Shown here one piece after another: positions 28,175-38,281 of a stretch of DNA of 64,000 nucleotides; the first letter of the stretch is position 1; each line of letters begins with the position of its first letter. The notes beneath the pieces are model-generated. The model worked only from the letters and a program-made list of their open reading frames with translations. It had not been told where the DNA came from and did no database searches. The DNA is taken from the sequence record NZ_CP072340.1; one strand, written 5' to 3'. Position numbers and translations under genes: made by a program. This stretch comes from a plasmid.

Positions 28175-29215
28175 ATGATTCTCGAAAAGATAGAAAAGCT
28201 ACTAAAAGAAGTGAGCAGCGTATCGGCTAAAAACGCTGAAGACGTAGAGCAACTTCGATTGAAATATCTTAGCAAGAAGGGCGAAATAAATGCCTTGATG
28301 GGCGAATTTCGCAACGTAGCTGCCGACCAGAAGAAGACGGTAGGCATGAAAATAAACGAGCTGAAGCAGCTTGCACAAGACAAAATAAACGATTTGCGCG
28401 AACAGTTGGAGACAAACGAGGCGCAGAGCAGCGACATAGACCTTACCCGGACAGCCTATCCTGTTGGCTTGGGTACCCGTCATCCGCTTACGTTGGTAAA
28501 GAAAGAGATTATAGATATATTTGCACGAATGGGCTTTACACTCTATCAGGGACAGGAGATTGACGACGACGAGCACGTGTTTACCATGCTCAACTTCGCT
28601 GCCGACCACCCTGCTCGCGACATGCAGGACACTTTCTTCATAGAGCGTTCGCACTCTTTGGACGTAACGAAGAATGTCTTGCTACGCAGCCACACCTCTA
28701 ACGACGAGGCGCACTATATGTCTACCCACCAGCCGCCTATCCGTGTGCTCTGCCCGGGACGTGTTTTCCGCAACGAAGCCATCAGTGCGCGTGCCCATTG
28801 CTTCTTCCATCAGGTGGAAGGACTGTATGTAGACAAGAACGTCAGCTTTGCCGATTTGAAGCAAGTTCTGCTTACTTTCGCCCGCGAAATGTTCGGAGCA
28901 GACACCAAAATACGTCTCCGTCCGAGCTACTTCCCCTTTACGGAGCCCAGTGCAGAGATGGATATAAGTTGTAATATATGCGGTGGCGAAGGCTGCGGAT
29001 TTTGTAAACACACCGGCTGGGTAGAGATTTTGGGTTGCGGAATGGTAGACCCTCACGACCTTGAGGCTTGTGGCATCGACTCGAACGTGTACACGGGTTA
29101 CGCCTTTGGCATGGGTGTGGAGCGCATAACCAACCTGAAATATAGGGTGAGCGACCTCCGTTTGTTCTCCGAAAACGATGTCCGCTTTCTCAAAGAGTTC
29201 GAAAGTGCATTGTAA
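28175..29215 (+). CDS. pheS: phenylalanine--tRNA ligase alpha subunit
   Basis: Class-II aaRS motifs (FRNE, GxGxER) and the PheS N-terminal coiled coil. Start chosen at MILEKIEK, downstream of the promoter, rather than the ORF-track extension. Confidence 0.85.
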   Translation: MILEKIEKLLKEVSSVSAKNAEDVEQLRLKYLSKKGEINALMGEFRNVAADQKKTVGMKINELKQLAQDKINDLREQLETNEAQSSDIDLTRTAYPVGLGTRHPLTLVKKEIIDIFARMGFTLYQGQEIDDDEHVFTMLNFAADHPARDMQDTFFIERSHSLDVTKNVLLRSHTSNDEAHYMSTHQPPIRVLCPGRVFRNEAISARAHCFFHQVEGLYVDKNVSFADLKQVLLTFAREMFGADTKIRLRPSYFPFTEPSAEMDISCNICGGEGCGFCKHTGWVEILGCGMVDPHDLEACGIDSNVYTGYAFGMGVERITNLKYRVSDLRLFSENDVRFLKEFESAL

Positions 29216-29257
29216 GCTCCATTGCAATACGTTCCAAAACCCATTGTTTTACACAAC

Positions 29258-29296
29258 AAAAGAGCCTGTTTTGCCACGCAAAACAGGCTCTTTTGC
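29258..29296. repeat. dispersed hairpin-repeat family, best-preserved copy
   Basis: aaaagagcctgttttg-ccacgc-aaaacaggctcttttg: a perfect 15-bp stem with a 7-nt loop, between convergent pheS and an MBL-fold gene. Confidence 0.75.
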
Positions 29297-29709
29297 AATG
29301 TAAAGACGCACACATCGTTTTTTGTTAGAACCACTTTCGAAAAGTCGGGTTGTTTAGTGGCAAAGTCATTTCGTTGATATGGCGTGGCAGCTGCAATGCC
29401 ATAAGGCTCTGTCCATCGTGCCATGGCGTCCTCGAATACGCAAAGCGATGTTGTGTTTTCCACACAGCATGGATACGGTTTATCACGTTTCATTTTGTTT
29501 TAACCATTTGGTACCTGCAGGTTATGGGGAGGTTGAGTTGTGCCCTTACCGCCTTGGGTATGTCCTTTGGCGTGTTGTTGAATGTTGGCAAACACATATA
29601 TAATAAGGTGTAACGGCTGGCGGAAAGTCTGTCCTACCTATTTCGTGGAACTGCCCCCCCTCAGAGGAGTGTGTTGCGGGGGCTTCAGTTGGGCGAATAT
29701 AAATATGTG

Positions 29710-30513
29710 TTATTTCAATTCGTATATTTCGCTGGGTATCTTGCGTCGCAACACTTCTACAATAAAGTCTACGCCCGGTACCAATCCGTGTCTTTCCATC
29801 TCGTTCGCAACTGCTATTCGTGCCAATTCGGGGTGATTGTTCTCATCGCTAAGGTGGCAGAGCCATACGTGTTTCAGCTCTTCTGTAGCGTTCTCCACTA
29901 TGGTTCGGGCGCATTCGGCGTTGCTTAAATGTCCTGTATTGCTGGTTATGCGAGCTTTTAGATGCTGCGGATAGGGTCCAGCCATAAGTTTTTCCAATTC
30001 GTGGTTGGCTTCAATAACCAAGTAGTTGGCTTTTGCCACGAACGCACGAATCTCTTCTGTAATGTGTCCGCAGTCGGTTACGAGCGTAAAAGTAACGCCT
30101 TGGCATTGCACACAGTACCCCACGCAGTCGAGACTGTCGTGCGGGACGGCAAAAGGAGTAACGGTAAAGTCGCCTATTTGCTGTGTCTTTCCTTTCTCAA
30201 CATATCGTACTTGTTCGGGCGCAACCTTCTTCTTTACACACCAGTTCCTTGCTATTCCCTCGTGGACTGTCCGCGTAGAGTAGACCGGAATGGCAAGACG
30301 ATCGCTTATGCTGCCCACCGACTTGATGTGGTCGGCATGGTCGTGCGTAACAAGAATGTTGTGAATCATCGATAAGTTTAGTCCGTAGCTCTGCATAAAC
30401 CTCTTCATCGACCGTATGCCGATGCCGCAATCAATCACGATTCCATCGGTTTCGGTATATAAAAGATATGCGTTGCCACTGCTTCCGCTTCCAAACGATA
30501 TAAATTTCAGCAT
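29710..30513 (-). CDS. MBL-fold metallo-hydrolase
   Basis: HDHADH motif and beta-lactamase-fold pattern. 267 aa. Confidence 0.7.
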   Translation of the reverse strand: MLKFISFGSGSSGNAYLLYTETDGIVIDCGIGIRSMKRFMQSYGLNLSMIHNILVTHDHADHIKSVGSISDRLAIPVYSTRTVHEGIARNWCVKKKVAPEQVRYVEKGKTQQIGDFTVTPFAVPHDSLDCVGYCVQCQGVTFTLVTDCGHITEEIRAFVAKANYLVIEANHELEKLMAGPYPQHLKARITSNTGHLSNAECARTIVENATEELKHVWLCHLSDENNHPELARIAVANEMERHGLVPGVDFIVEVLRRKIPSEIYELK

Positions 30514-30570
30514 TGTTTTCTAATTTGTTGTAAAAGTAATTAAGTTATTCAACCCGTGAAGTCAGCTTGT

Positions 30571-32844
30571 TTAGAACGGCAATCCGACAGCGAAATGGAA
30601 CGTAAAGTCGCGGCTGAACTTGGGATTAACGATAGGGTAGTGCCCCTTTCCCGACGAGTAGGCAGGGTCTATGGCTTTCATGCCGGCATCGAAACGCAGC
30701 ACGAAGTAGTCGAAGTTGAGGCGCAGTCCTAAACCGTAGGCTACTGCAATTTGTTTGAGAAACTTGCCGAAATGGAACTGTCCGCCGGGCTGCTCGGCAT
30801 ATTCTCGCAGTGTCCAGATGTTGCCTGCATCTACAAAGGCTGCCCCATCGAACTTCCAAAACAAGTGTGTTCTGTATTCGGAACTGAGGTTCAGCCTTAA
30901 ATCTCCCGTCTGGTTGATGAAGTCTATGCGCCCATCGGTACCACGAAAACTACCCGGTCCCAATTCTCTGACGCTCCAGCCGCGCACCGAGTTAGGTCCG
31001 CCGGCTATGTAACGCTTCTCGAAAGGCAGCACCTTGCTGTTTCCGTAGGGATAGGCAATGCCGAAATCGGCATGCAAGGCAAGCGAGTTGCGAGGGTCGA
31101 AACGCAGGACGCGCGTGAAAGCAAAGTCGAATTTAAGATACTGGGCGTAGGCAATGTTGAAGATTTTAGACTGCCCCTGCTCATTTTGCTTAAACTTTGA
31201 TACGGCGTTAGCCAACGAAAGCAAGTTTCCTGCCGACTCTATCTTGGCCTTGATGGCTATGTCGTCGTTGCGATTATAACTTACGCTGAAGCCCGACCGC
31301 ATGATGAACAGGTCTTCATAGTTATAGCGCAGTATGGCGTTGCGGTTAGAAACATTGTCGAGATAGTCTGCCTTGAAGCGCTCGCTAATCCATGGCATGT
31401 ACACATAGCTAAGGTCTGGTATCTCGAGTTCGTAGTTCAGATGGCGTCGGACATTGCTCCAGTTGTATTTCCAGGCTGCCGAAAAGACACGGCGGTGGAA
31501 CTCCGGGCGATCCTGGAAGTCCCAGCCAACCGACAGTTCGGACGTTGCGTTGCTGCGACGACGGAACTCTCGCGTGGAAAAGGGAGAGAGAAAGCGTGGG
31601 AATTGCAGTCGAGCCTGCACGCCATACTCCTCGTAGTTGTGGTTGGAATAGCCCTCCAAGCCCTTGATAGCCTCGAAAGCGGCACGCAGTTCGATGCTGA
31701 ACAGCTCGCTGCCATGGAACAGATTGCGGTTCTGATAGGTGAGAACGGCAGCTGCTCCAAGGTCGCCCGCAGTGTTGGTTCCCTCGGGCTGGAATGCAAC
31801 AGTGTTGGGCTTGGTGGGCGAAAGTTTAATGTTGGTTTCCAGGAAACGCAGTGATGTCGGTGTATAGTCGAATATTTTGCCAATGGCAATGGAGTCGAAC
31901 TGAGGCATTTCCCTGAATTCTATGTCGGTGTAGCGTATGGCTCCCAACCTCGCAAAGTTGTTGTAAGTAGTCCGAAGGTCGGTTGCCGAGAAGTATTTGC
32001 CGGGTTCTATGAGCGTGTTGTCGGCAATGATGCTGCGCCGAAGGTGCAATCCGGTAGAGTCGCCGGGTATGATGTTCACGCTTCCAATCATGTAACGGGG
32101 GTGTAGAGTAGGCGTTGCCGTGTCCGTAGTCCTGTATTTCGTAAGATGGAGCGTAACATCTACACTGCGTGAACCCCGTATAGAGTCTGCCGTATAGTAG
32201 ATATAGTCTTTGTTGAAGCGGTAATAGCCTTGGTCGTTCAGTATCTTTGTAATGCGTTTCCGCTCGTTGTCCAAGGCTGCAACGGTGAATTGGTGCGGTC
32301 GGTCGGTGTTGATGCCTTGCGAAAGCGTAGGTTTCAGAATGTCGGCAATAACCGAATCTTGAATGTCGTAGGCGAAATGGTCTATCATAAACGGTTCGCC
32401 GGGCACCAACGTGTATATTGCCTTGAGCTTTTTCCCCCTTACCTTGGTGCTGAAAACCACGCGGGCGTTCATGTATCCCATGTTGTTCATTGCCAATCGG
32501 AGGTCTTCGCACGACAGGCGAGCCTGCAACGTGTCGTAGTAAACGGGCTTTTCGCCAATGCGTTGCAGTGTTCTGTTAATCCATTTCGTGGTGTCTCGCC
32601 CAGCTAAAGAGTAAGTGCCAAGAGGTATTTTGAAGAAAGAGAACCATCGGGAGTTTTCTTTCTGCCGTACATATTGTGCCAATTGCGACGCATTGAAGTC
32701 GGCTGCATCAGAGCGAAGTTCCACTTTGTCGAGCAGATAACTGCCATCTGGCACAAACTTATCGGTGGAACACGATGCTAAAAATGTTGCTGCAATAGCA
32801 AAAAACAGAAAGAAATATGTAGGGAAAACCTTTATCCGAAACAT
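30571..32844 (-). CDS. Omp85-family (BamA/TamA-like) outer-membrane protein
   Basis: Signal/lipo-like N-terminus (MFRIKVFPTYFFLFFAIAATFLASC). POTRA-like region and C-terminal beta-barrel ending ...FHFAVGLPF. The ORF-track N-terminal extension to 33219 is rejected. Confidence 0.65.
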   Translation of the reverse strand: MFRIKVFPTYFFLFFAIAATFLASCSTDKFVPDGSYLLDKVELRSDAADFNASQLAQYVRQKENSRWFSFFKIPLGTYSLAGRDTTKWINRTLQRIGEKPVYYDTLQARLSCEDLRLAMNNMGYMNARVVFSTKVRGKKLKAIYTLVPGEPFMIDHFAYDIQDSVIADILKPTLSQGINTDRPHQFTVAALDNERKRITKILNDQGYYRFNKDYIYYTADSIRGSRSVDVTLHLTKYRTTDTATPTLHPRYMIGSVNIIPGDSTGLHLRRSIIADNTLIEPGKYFSATDLRTTYNNFARLGAIRYTDIEFREMPQFDSIAIGKIFDYTPTSLRFLETNIKLSPTKPNTVAFQPEGTNTAGDLGAAAVLTYQNRNLFHGSELFSIELRAAFEAIKGLEGYSNHNYEEYGVQARLQFPRFLSPFSTREFRRRSNATSELSVGWDFQDRPEFHRRVFSAAWKYNWSNVRRHLNYELEIPDLSYVYMPWISERFKADYLDNVSNRNAILRYNYEDLFIMRSGFSVSYNRNDDIAIKAKIESAGNLLSLANAVSKFKQNEQGQSKIFNIAYAQYLKFDFAFTRVLRFDPRNSLALHADFGIAYPYGNSKVLPFEKRYIAGGPNSVRGWSVRELGPGSFRGTDGRIDFINQTGDLRLNLSSEYRTHLFWKFDGAAFVDAGNIWTLREYAEQPGGQFHFGKFLKQIAVAYGLGLRLNFDYFVLRFDAGMKAIDPAYSSGKGHYPIVNPKFSRDFTFHFAVGLPF

Positions 32845-32895
32845 TAATACTGCTGATTTTTTGCGCAAAGATACTAAAAAGTTGGCAGTAAAAGC

Positions 32896-33669
32896 GTGCA
32901 AACAGAGAGTTTTTTGTATTTTTGTGGAGTGATATCGAAGAACAAAATAAAGCTCATCAGAGCACTCGAAACAAAGAAAGGACGTGTAAAACACGGTATG
33001 TTTGTAGCCGAAGGACCCAAGATTGTGGGCGATTTGCTGGCTGCAGGGTTTCGTTTGGCGGAGCTTTTCGATGATGAAGACGACATAAAAAAGGTGTCGT
33101 TCTTGCAACATCCGCAAGGAAAAGTCGGTGTGTTTAGGTTGCCCGATTATGTAGAAACGGCACATGACGAACGCGAAACGGCTGTTGATGAAAAGTGTAT
33201 GCCCATGCTTGGCGAACACGAACTGGCACTTGCGCTGGACGGAGTGCAGGACCCAGGCAATTTAGGAACCATCATTCGGGTGGCAGACTGGTTCGGAATA
33301 AAGCGCATTTTCTGTTCGATGGATACGGCAGATTGCTGGAATCCAAAGGTAGTGCAAGCCACAATGGGTAGCATTGCAAGGGTTCAGATATGTTACTTGG
33401 ACTTGGGAAGGTTCGTAAAATCACTTCCAACAGACTATCCTGTCTATGGAACACTGCTCGATGGAGACGACATCTACACACAGAAACTGACCCATCACGG
33501 CATTATAGTGATGGGAAACGAAGGCAACGGCATCTCGGCTGTCATTCGGAAGCATGTAAACAGGAAGCTGCTGATACCCAACTTCTCTATCGGAACAACA
33601 CGGGCAGAATCGCTTAACGTGGCAGTTGCAACTGCCATAGTGTGCTCGGAGTTCAGGCGAAGAGGGTAG
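32896..33669 (+). CDS. TrmH/SpoU-family RNA 2'-O-methyltransferase
   Basis: SpoU-type motifs: GNEGNGIS, and the ...LNVAVATAIV end. Confidence 0.65.
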   Translation: MQTESFLYFCGVISKNKIKLIRALETKKGRVKHGMFVAEGPKIVGDLLAAGFRLAELFDDEDDIKKVSFLQHPQGKVGVFRLPDYVETAHDERETAVDEKCMPMLGEHELALALDGVQDPGNLGTIIRVADWFGIKRIFCSMDTADCWNPKVVQATMGSIARVQICYLDLGRFVKSLPTDYPVYGTLLDGDDIYTQKLTHHGIIVMGNEGNGISAVIRKHVNRKLLIPNFSIGTTRAESLNVAVATAIVCSEFRRRG

Positions 33670-33711
33670 GCGAGTGGCTCTTGCTTTGTCTGCATAACCC
33701 ATAAACAAGCT

Positions 33712-36411
33712 ATGAAGAAAAAGGAAACATACACATTGCTCGACGAAAGTCAGCAAAAGGTGGTAGACGCACAGCACGGCTATCACCTTGTGTTGGCATC
33801 GCCGGGCTGTGGAAAGACACATATCCTGGCTGAACGCATACGGCATGCACGACAACAAGGCATGGACTACGACGACATGCTGTGCCTGACGTTTACCAAC
33901 AGGGCTGCGCGCGAAATGCAAAACCGCGTTCGTGCGGTGATGAAAGACGACGATACAAGCAGTCTGCAAATAGGAAACGTGCACCATTTCTGTTCCAAAT
34001 TCTTGTTCGAAGAGGGCAAAGTGCCTGCCAATACTTCAATCATAGACGATGAAGAAGCCATCAGCATCATTGCTGAATACAGGCAAGAGAGTGAAGAAGC
34101 TGTGATGAACAACTACAAACGGCTGCAGGAATACAAGCAAATAATATTGTTTTCGCACCTTATGTTCCAGATGAAACACCACCATGAGTGGAAATATTAC
34201 CTCCACCCCGAGTGCCTTACTGCTACCGATAGAGAAGCCATGAAGCATATTTGCCGCACTCAGGATAAGCCCTACAACGAACAAACGGTGCTGGAAATAT
34301 ACGACAACGCAATGCTATATATCGACGAGACTGAATCGCCATACATTAACCGACAGCTCGCCGAAGCCATTCGGGCACTCATAATAAAGATGAATTTTGC
34401 CAAACTCTTTGCCGATTACAAAGAGGAACACGGCATGTTAGACTTCGAGGACTTGCTGCTCTACGCCTATAACATATACAGCACCGACCCCACATGCCGT
34501 AAGTACAAATGGATTCAGGTAGACGAAGTGCAAGATTTAAACGCCATGCAGCTTGCCATCATAGACCTGCTGGTGGACGACAACGACCCTACGGTGATGT
34601 ATCTCGGCGACGAACAGCAAGCCATCTTCTCATTCATGGGGGCAAAAATAGAAATGCTGAGCTTGCTGAAAACACGCTGTAAAGGCAACATTCACCATCT
34701 GTTGCAGAACCATCGCTCGCCAAAATACCTCTTAAACGTGTTCAACGACTATGCCGAACACGAACTGCACATAGACAGAGACCTGCTGCCTATTACCGAC
34801 AACGATGCTGAAGCCGGACAAAACGACCTTGTGGTATTGGCAACAGATACGGTTGAAGACGAGACCGATGCTGTTGCGATGACAGCAAAACGCCTGCTCG
34901 AGCAAGACAAGACCACCACGACAGCCATCATTGTAAATGCGAATGCCGACGCCGACAAGGTGAGCACTGCCCTGAACCTCCACAACGTAGACCATTTGAA
35001 GATTTCGGGGCGCGACCTTTTCGACACTTCTGCCATGAAAACGCTTATTGCGCACCTGTCAGTATTACACAACGAGCAGAACGTTCTGGCGTGGTCGCTC
35101 TTGATGAAAGGGCTGAAGGTGTTCGATTCGAAAGCGCTTGCACGCCGTTTTGTGCACAAACTCCGACAACTTTCGCTCTCTCCAACCGACTTCCTGCTGT
35201 ATTCGGACAGCAACTACACTGCCGACTTCCTGCAAAACTATACTGATGGCGACATCGTTGTGTTCGATACGGAGACAACGGGGCTTGATGTGTACAGCGA
35301 CGACATTATTGAGATAGCAGCAATTCGGCTGCACAACGGAGCGATAGTGGGCGAACCGCTCGACCTTTATATTCGTACCGATAAGCCCATTTTGCCGAAA
35401 CTTGGCGAAAAAGACAACCCGATGTATGCCATTTACCACGAAAAAATGCACCGGAACCAACTGCTTTCGCCTGCCGAAGCCTTGCAACGGTTCTGGCAAT
35501 ATGTGGGCGATGCTGCCCTGTTGGCACACAACGCCAGCTACGACAGCAACATCTTAGACTACAACATGCGTCGCTATACACCGGCAGATAGTTGGAAAAG
35601 TCATACAAATACGTGCTTCGACTCGCTCAAGCTCATACGTCTGCTTGCGCCTGGACTGTCATCTTACAAGTTAGAGGCACTGTTGGAACACTTCCATCTT
35701 GCAGGAACCAACTCGCATCAGGCTATCGACGACGTGGCAGCGACCCTATCGCTGGTACACCTCTGTGCTGATAAGGCAGCAAAGCAAAAGCCCCTGCAGG
35801 CAACCTTTATGCACCATAAACGAGTTGTTCCCTACATTCAGCGTTTCCGTGCAGCATACGCACCGCTCTTCAGAAATACGCTTTCGCACTGCTACGAAAT
35901 AGAAATGGGTGGCGAAAAGGCGCTTGTAACCGAGATAAAGAGTGTGTACAACGAACTGGTGGCACAAGGACTGATAGCCAAGATAGAACGTCTGCCTTAC
36001 TTCCTGCGCTACTTGGAATTCGATTTATTGACAGACAGGGACACGCCCAATGTACTTATCGAACAACTGAACCGTTACATTATAGAAATCAATACGATGA
36101 AAGAAAGCGACTTTTGCAACAGCAGAAGCATTGAAGAACGGGTCTACGTTACCACCATACACAAGGCAAAGGGCTTGGAATTCGACAATGTCATCGTCTA
36201 CGATGCCGCTTCCGAACGCTATCCGAACAAGCGTAACACCACTGAAAGGCAAAATCAGGAAGACGCCCGCAAGTTCTATGTAGCCATGTCGCGTGCCAAG
36301 CACCGCCTCATCGTGGCATATTCGCTCACCGCCCGCGACTGGCACGGTGTGTCGTATAGTCGCGAGCTCACTCCATTTATGAACAGCATTGTCCACCATT
36401 TCAACGGATAG
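33712..36411 (+). CDS. UvrD/Rep-family helicase with an embedded DnaQ-like (DEDDh) 3'-5' exonuclease domain
   Basis: Walker A LASPGCGKTHIL. Exonuclease motifs VVFDTETTGLD, AHNASYDSNIL, HQAIDDV. C-terminal UvrD_C-like segment (TIHKAKGLEFDNVIVYD). 899 aa. Confidence 0.75.
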   Translation: MKKKETYTLLDESQQKVVDAQHGYHLVLASPGCGKTHILAERIRHARQQGMDYDDMLCLTFTNRAAREMQNRVRAVMKDDDTSSLQIGNVHHFCSKFLFEEGKVPANTSIIDDEEAISIIAEYRQESEEAVMNNYKRLQEYKQIILFSHLMFQMKHHHEWKYYLHPECLTATDREAMKHICRTQDKPYNEQTVLEIYDNAMLYIDETESPYINRQLAEAIRALIIKMNFAKLFADYKEEHGMLDFEDLLLYAYNIYSTDPTCRKYKWIQVDEVQDLNAMQLAIIDLLVDDNDPTVMYLGDEQQAIFSFMGAKIEMLSLLKTRCKGNIHHLLQNHRSPKYLLNVFNDYAEHELHIDRDLLPITDNDAEAGQNDLVVLATDTVEDETDAVAMTAKRLLEQDKTTTTAIIVNANADADKVSTALNLHNVDHLKISGRDLFDTSAMKTLIAHLSVLHNEQNVLAWSLLMKGLKVFDSKALARRFVHKLRQLSLSPTDFLLYSDSNYTADFLQNYTDGDIVVFDTETTGLDVYSDDIIEIAAIRLHNGAIVGEPLDLYIRTDKPILPKLGEKDNPMYAIYHEKMHRNQLLSPAEALQRFWQYVGDAALLAHNASYDSNILDYNMRRYTPADSWKSHTNTCFDSLKLIRLLAPGLSSYKLEALLEHFHLAGTNSHQAIDDVAATLSLVHLCADKAAKQKPLQATFMHHKRVVPYIQRFRAAYAPLFRNTLSHCYEIEMGGEKALVTEIKSVYNELVAQGLIAKIERLPYFLRYLEFDLLTDRDTPNVLIEQLNRYIIEINTMKESDFCNSRSIEERVYVTTIHKAKGLEFDNVIVYDAASERYPNKRNTTERQNQEDARKFYVAMSRAKHRLIVAYSLTARDWHGVSYSRELTPFMNSIVHHFNG

Positions 36412-36468
36412 ACAGTGCCATATCGTGGCTTGGCAGGGCAATTACTATGTTAATAAAAAACAACATTT

Positions 36469-36879
36469 ATGATGATTGGTAACCATACAACGTTAAGTGT
36501 GTACGTTCCACTGCTTATGGCAGTGGTATTGGGTGCAATGACCTATTTTCATTGGCACCATAGACTGAAGTATTTATATTTGGCAGCCCTGTTGCTCTTG
36601 TTGGTTTACGCCATTACGTCTGCCATATATGTCAGTCATTCGGCAGGCTATAATTTGTCTGCGTCTTTAATAAAAGGTGCTCCGCTTTTGTGGCGTTTCG
36701 TCTGCCTTGGCGGAATCGTTCTATTCTTTGCATCTGTTGGCTGCTTTGTATATGAAAATGGAAGTTTCAAACTGTTCTTTAAAATCGTCTCGTGCATCGG
36801 AATAGGCTTTTTTATGCTGTGCGGCTTCTATTCGTTCTTTTTCATCATGGCAGGTCTTGCATCGCTGAAAAGTGGATAA
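36469..36879 (+). CDS. hypothetical polytopic membrane protein
   Basis: Four predicted TM helices. No motif recognised. Confidence 0.4.
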   Translation: MMIGNHTTLSVYVPLLMAVVLGAMTYFHWHHRLKYLYLAALLLLLVYAITSAIYVSHSAGYNLSASLIKGAPLLWRFVCLGGIVLFFASVGCFVYENGSFKLFFKIVSCIGIGFFMLCGFYSFFFIMAGLASLKSG

Positions 36880-37016
36880 GACACCATTCAACATGCATAC
36901 TGTAAGACTGCGAAACACATTCTGTAAAGACTGACAAAGCACCTAAATTCTCTCATATCTCTTTAGTCTATCAGCACAAATTTTCGTAAGTATGCCGAAT
37001 TATAGGTGTTTTTCTG

Positions 37017-37024
37017 TAACTTTG
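37017..37024 (+). promoter_or_regulatory. -7 element TAACTTTG abutting the trmB start
   Basis: TAnnTTTG ending 9 nt before the ATG at 37033. Implies a leaderless or very short-leader mRNA. Confidence 0.45.
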
Positions 37025-37032
37025 CAGCCACT

Positions 37033-37824
37033 ATGAGCAAAGGAAAGTTACAGAAGTTTGCAGCGTTAGAGACGTTTAAAAATGTCTTTCAGTATCCGTA
37101 TGGCGTAATAAGCGAAATTCCTTTCGACATGAAAGGACATTGGAACGAACAGTATTTCCATAACAACCACCCGATAGTTCTGGAGTTGGGGTGTGGAAAA
37201 GGTGAATATACCGTGGGCTTGGCGCGTCGTTATCCACACATAAACTTCGTTGGCGTAGACATAAAAGGAGCGAGAATTTACACAGGCGCAAAGCAAGCAT
37301 TAGACGAGAATTTGCCCAATGTGGCTTTCCTTCGCACGAATATAGAGATTATAGACCGCTTCTTTGATGCCGGCGAGGTTCGGGAAATTTGGCTGACTTT
37401 CTCCGACCCGCAGATGAAGAACCCACGCAAGCGCCTTTCGTCTACCTATTTCTTAAACCGCTATCGCAACTTTATGGAAGACGGTGGAGTGGTGCACCTG
37501 AAGACCGATTCCAATTTCCTCTTCACCTATACCACCTGTCTCGTCCGCGAAAACCACCTGCCCTTGCTCTTCCGTACCGACGACTTGTATGGCACCGGGA
37601 CCAATGGCACGCAACCTGCAGATATCGATTCGGAAACAAGGGAAATACTCGGAATACATACTTACTACGAAAACCAATGGTTGGAGCGTGGACTGAACAT
37701 AAAGTACATGAAGTTCCGACTGCCGCACGCAGGCAACCTTGTTGAACCGGACGTGGAGATAGAACTCGACGACTACCGTTCGTTTAAGCGCACCAAACGT
37801 AGTGGAAAGGAAACAGCAAGATAG
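37033..37824 (+). CDS. trmB: tRNA (guanine46-N7)-methyltransferase
   Basis: SAM-binding ELGCGKGEY and the TrmB-specific downstream motifs. Start at the ATG, not the GTG at 37006. Confidence 0.8.
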   Translation: MSKGKLQKFAALETFKNVFQYPYGVISEIPFDMKGHWNEQYFHNNHPIVLELGCGKGEYTVGLARRYPHINFVGVDIKGARIYTGAKQALDENLPNVAFLRTNIEIIDRFFDAGEVREIWLTFSDPQMKNPRKRLSSTYFLNRYRNFMEDGGVVHLKTDSNFLFTYTTCLVRENHLPLLFRTDDLYGTGTNGTQPADIDSETREILGIHTYYENQWLERGLNIKYMKFRLPHAGNLVEPDVEIELDDYRSFKRTKRSGKETAR

Positions 37825-37919
37825 AATTTTATTATTTAAGAGAGTGCCATTGCAAAATATGTATCAAAATAATCAGCAACAATGTAGCTCTTTATATATT
37901 CTTCCAAATACGGGTTGTA

Positions 37920-38171
37920 TTATAGAGTGCCACCAATTCCTTTAAACTTTTCAATGAAAGCTGTAATCTTCTTGAATATATTTTTAGTCCTGTGGGTATC
38001 GCCATCAAGGCGAGCTTTGCCAGCCTCAACAAACTCCTTGTTCCATTTGTAGTAAGATAAGTTCGACGTGGAACAATATGCTTTGTTTTCATAATAAAAA
38101 ACTATTAAAGGAAGGCTCTGATAATTCTTATAAATGGTCGCTTTAAAATATTTGCACGAAATATTTGCCAT
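37920..38171 (-). CDS. hypothetical small protein (83 aa), uncertain
   Basis: ORF in an AT-rich spacer between trmB and glyA. No supporting motif. Confidence 0.25.
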   Translation of the reverse strand: MANISCKYFKATIYKNYQSLPLIVFYYENKAYCSTSNLSYYKWNKEFVEAGKARLDGDTHRTKNIFKKITAFIEKFKGIGGTL

Positions 38172-38281
38172 GTTATTAGAAAATTCCTATATTTGCAACT
38201 AATTATAACAACCTTGCTTTTGGCGACATCTTACTAAAAACCGTGGACTGTCGGCGGAGGCATTTTTAATACTTAAACAAC

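Noticed and set aside
29611-29630. RNase P RNA P4-like GGAAAGUC motif
   Set aside because: There is no complementary 3' P4 strand, and the motif lies at the wrong end of the non-coding stretch for a full-length RNase P RNA.
30571-33219. 882-aa reading of the Omp85-family gene
   Set aside because: The N-terminal 125 residues (MFAKHGHTLFINSRF...) have no signal peptide and run through the divergent promoter region. The signal/lipobox-like sequence begins at the internal Met (32844).
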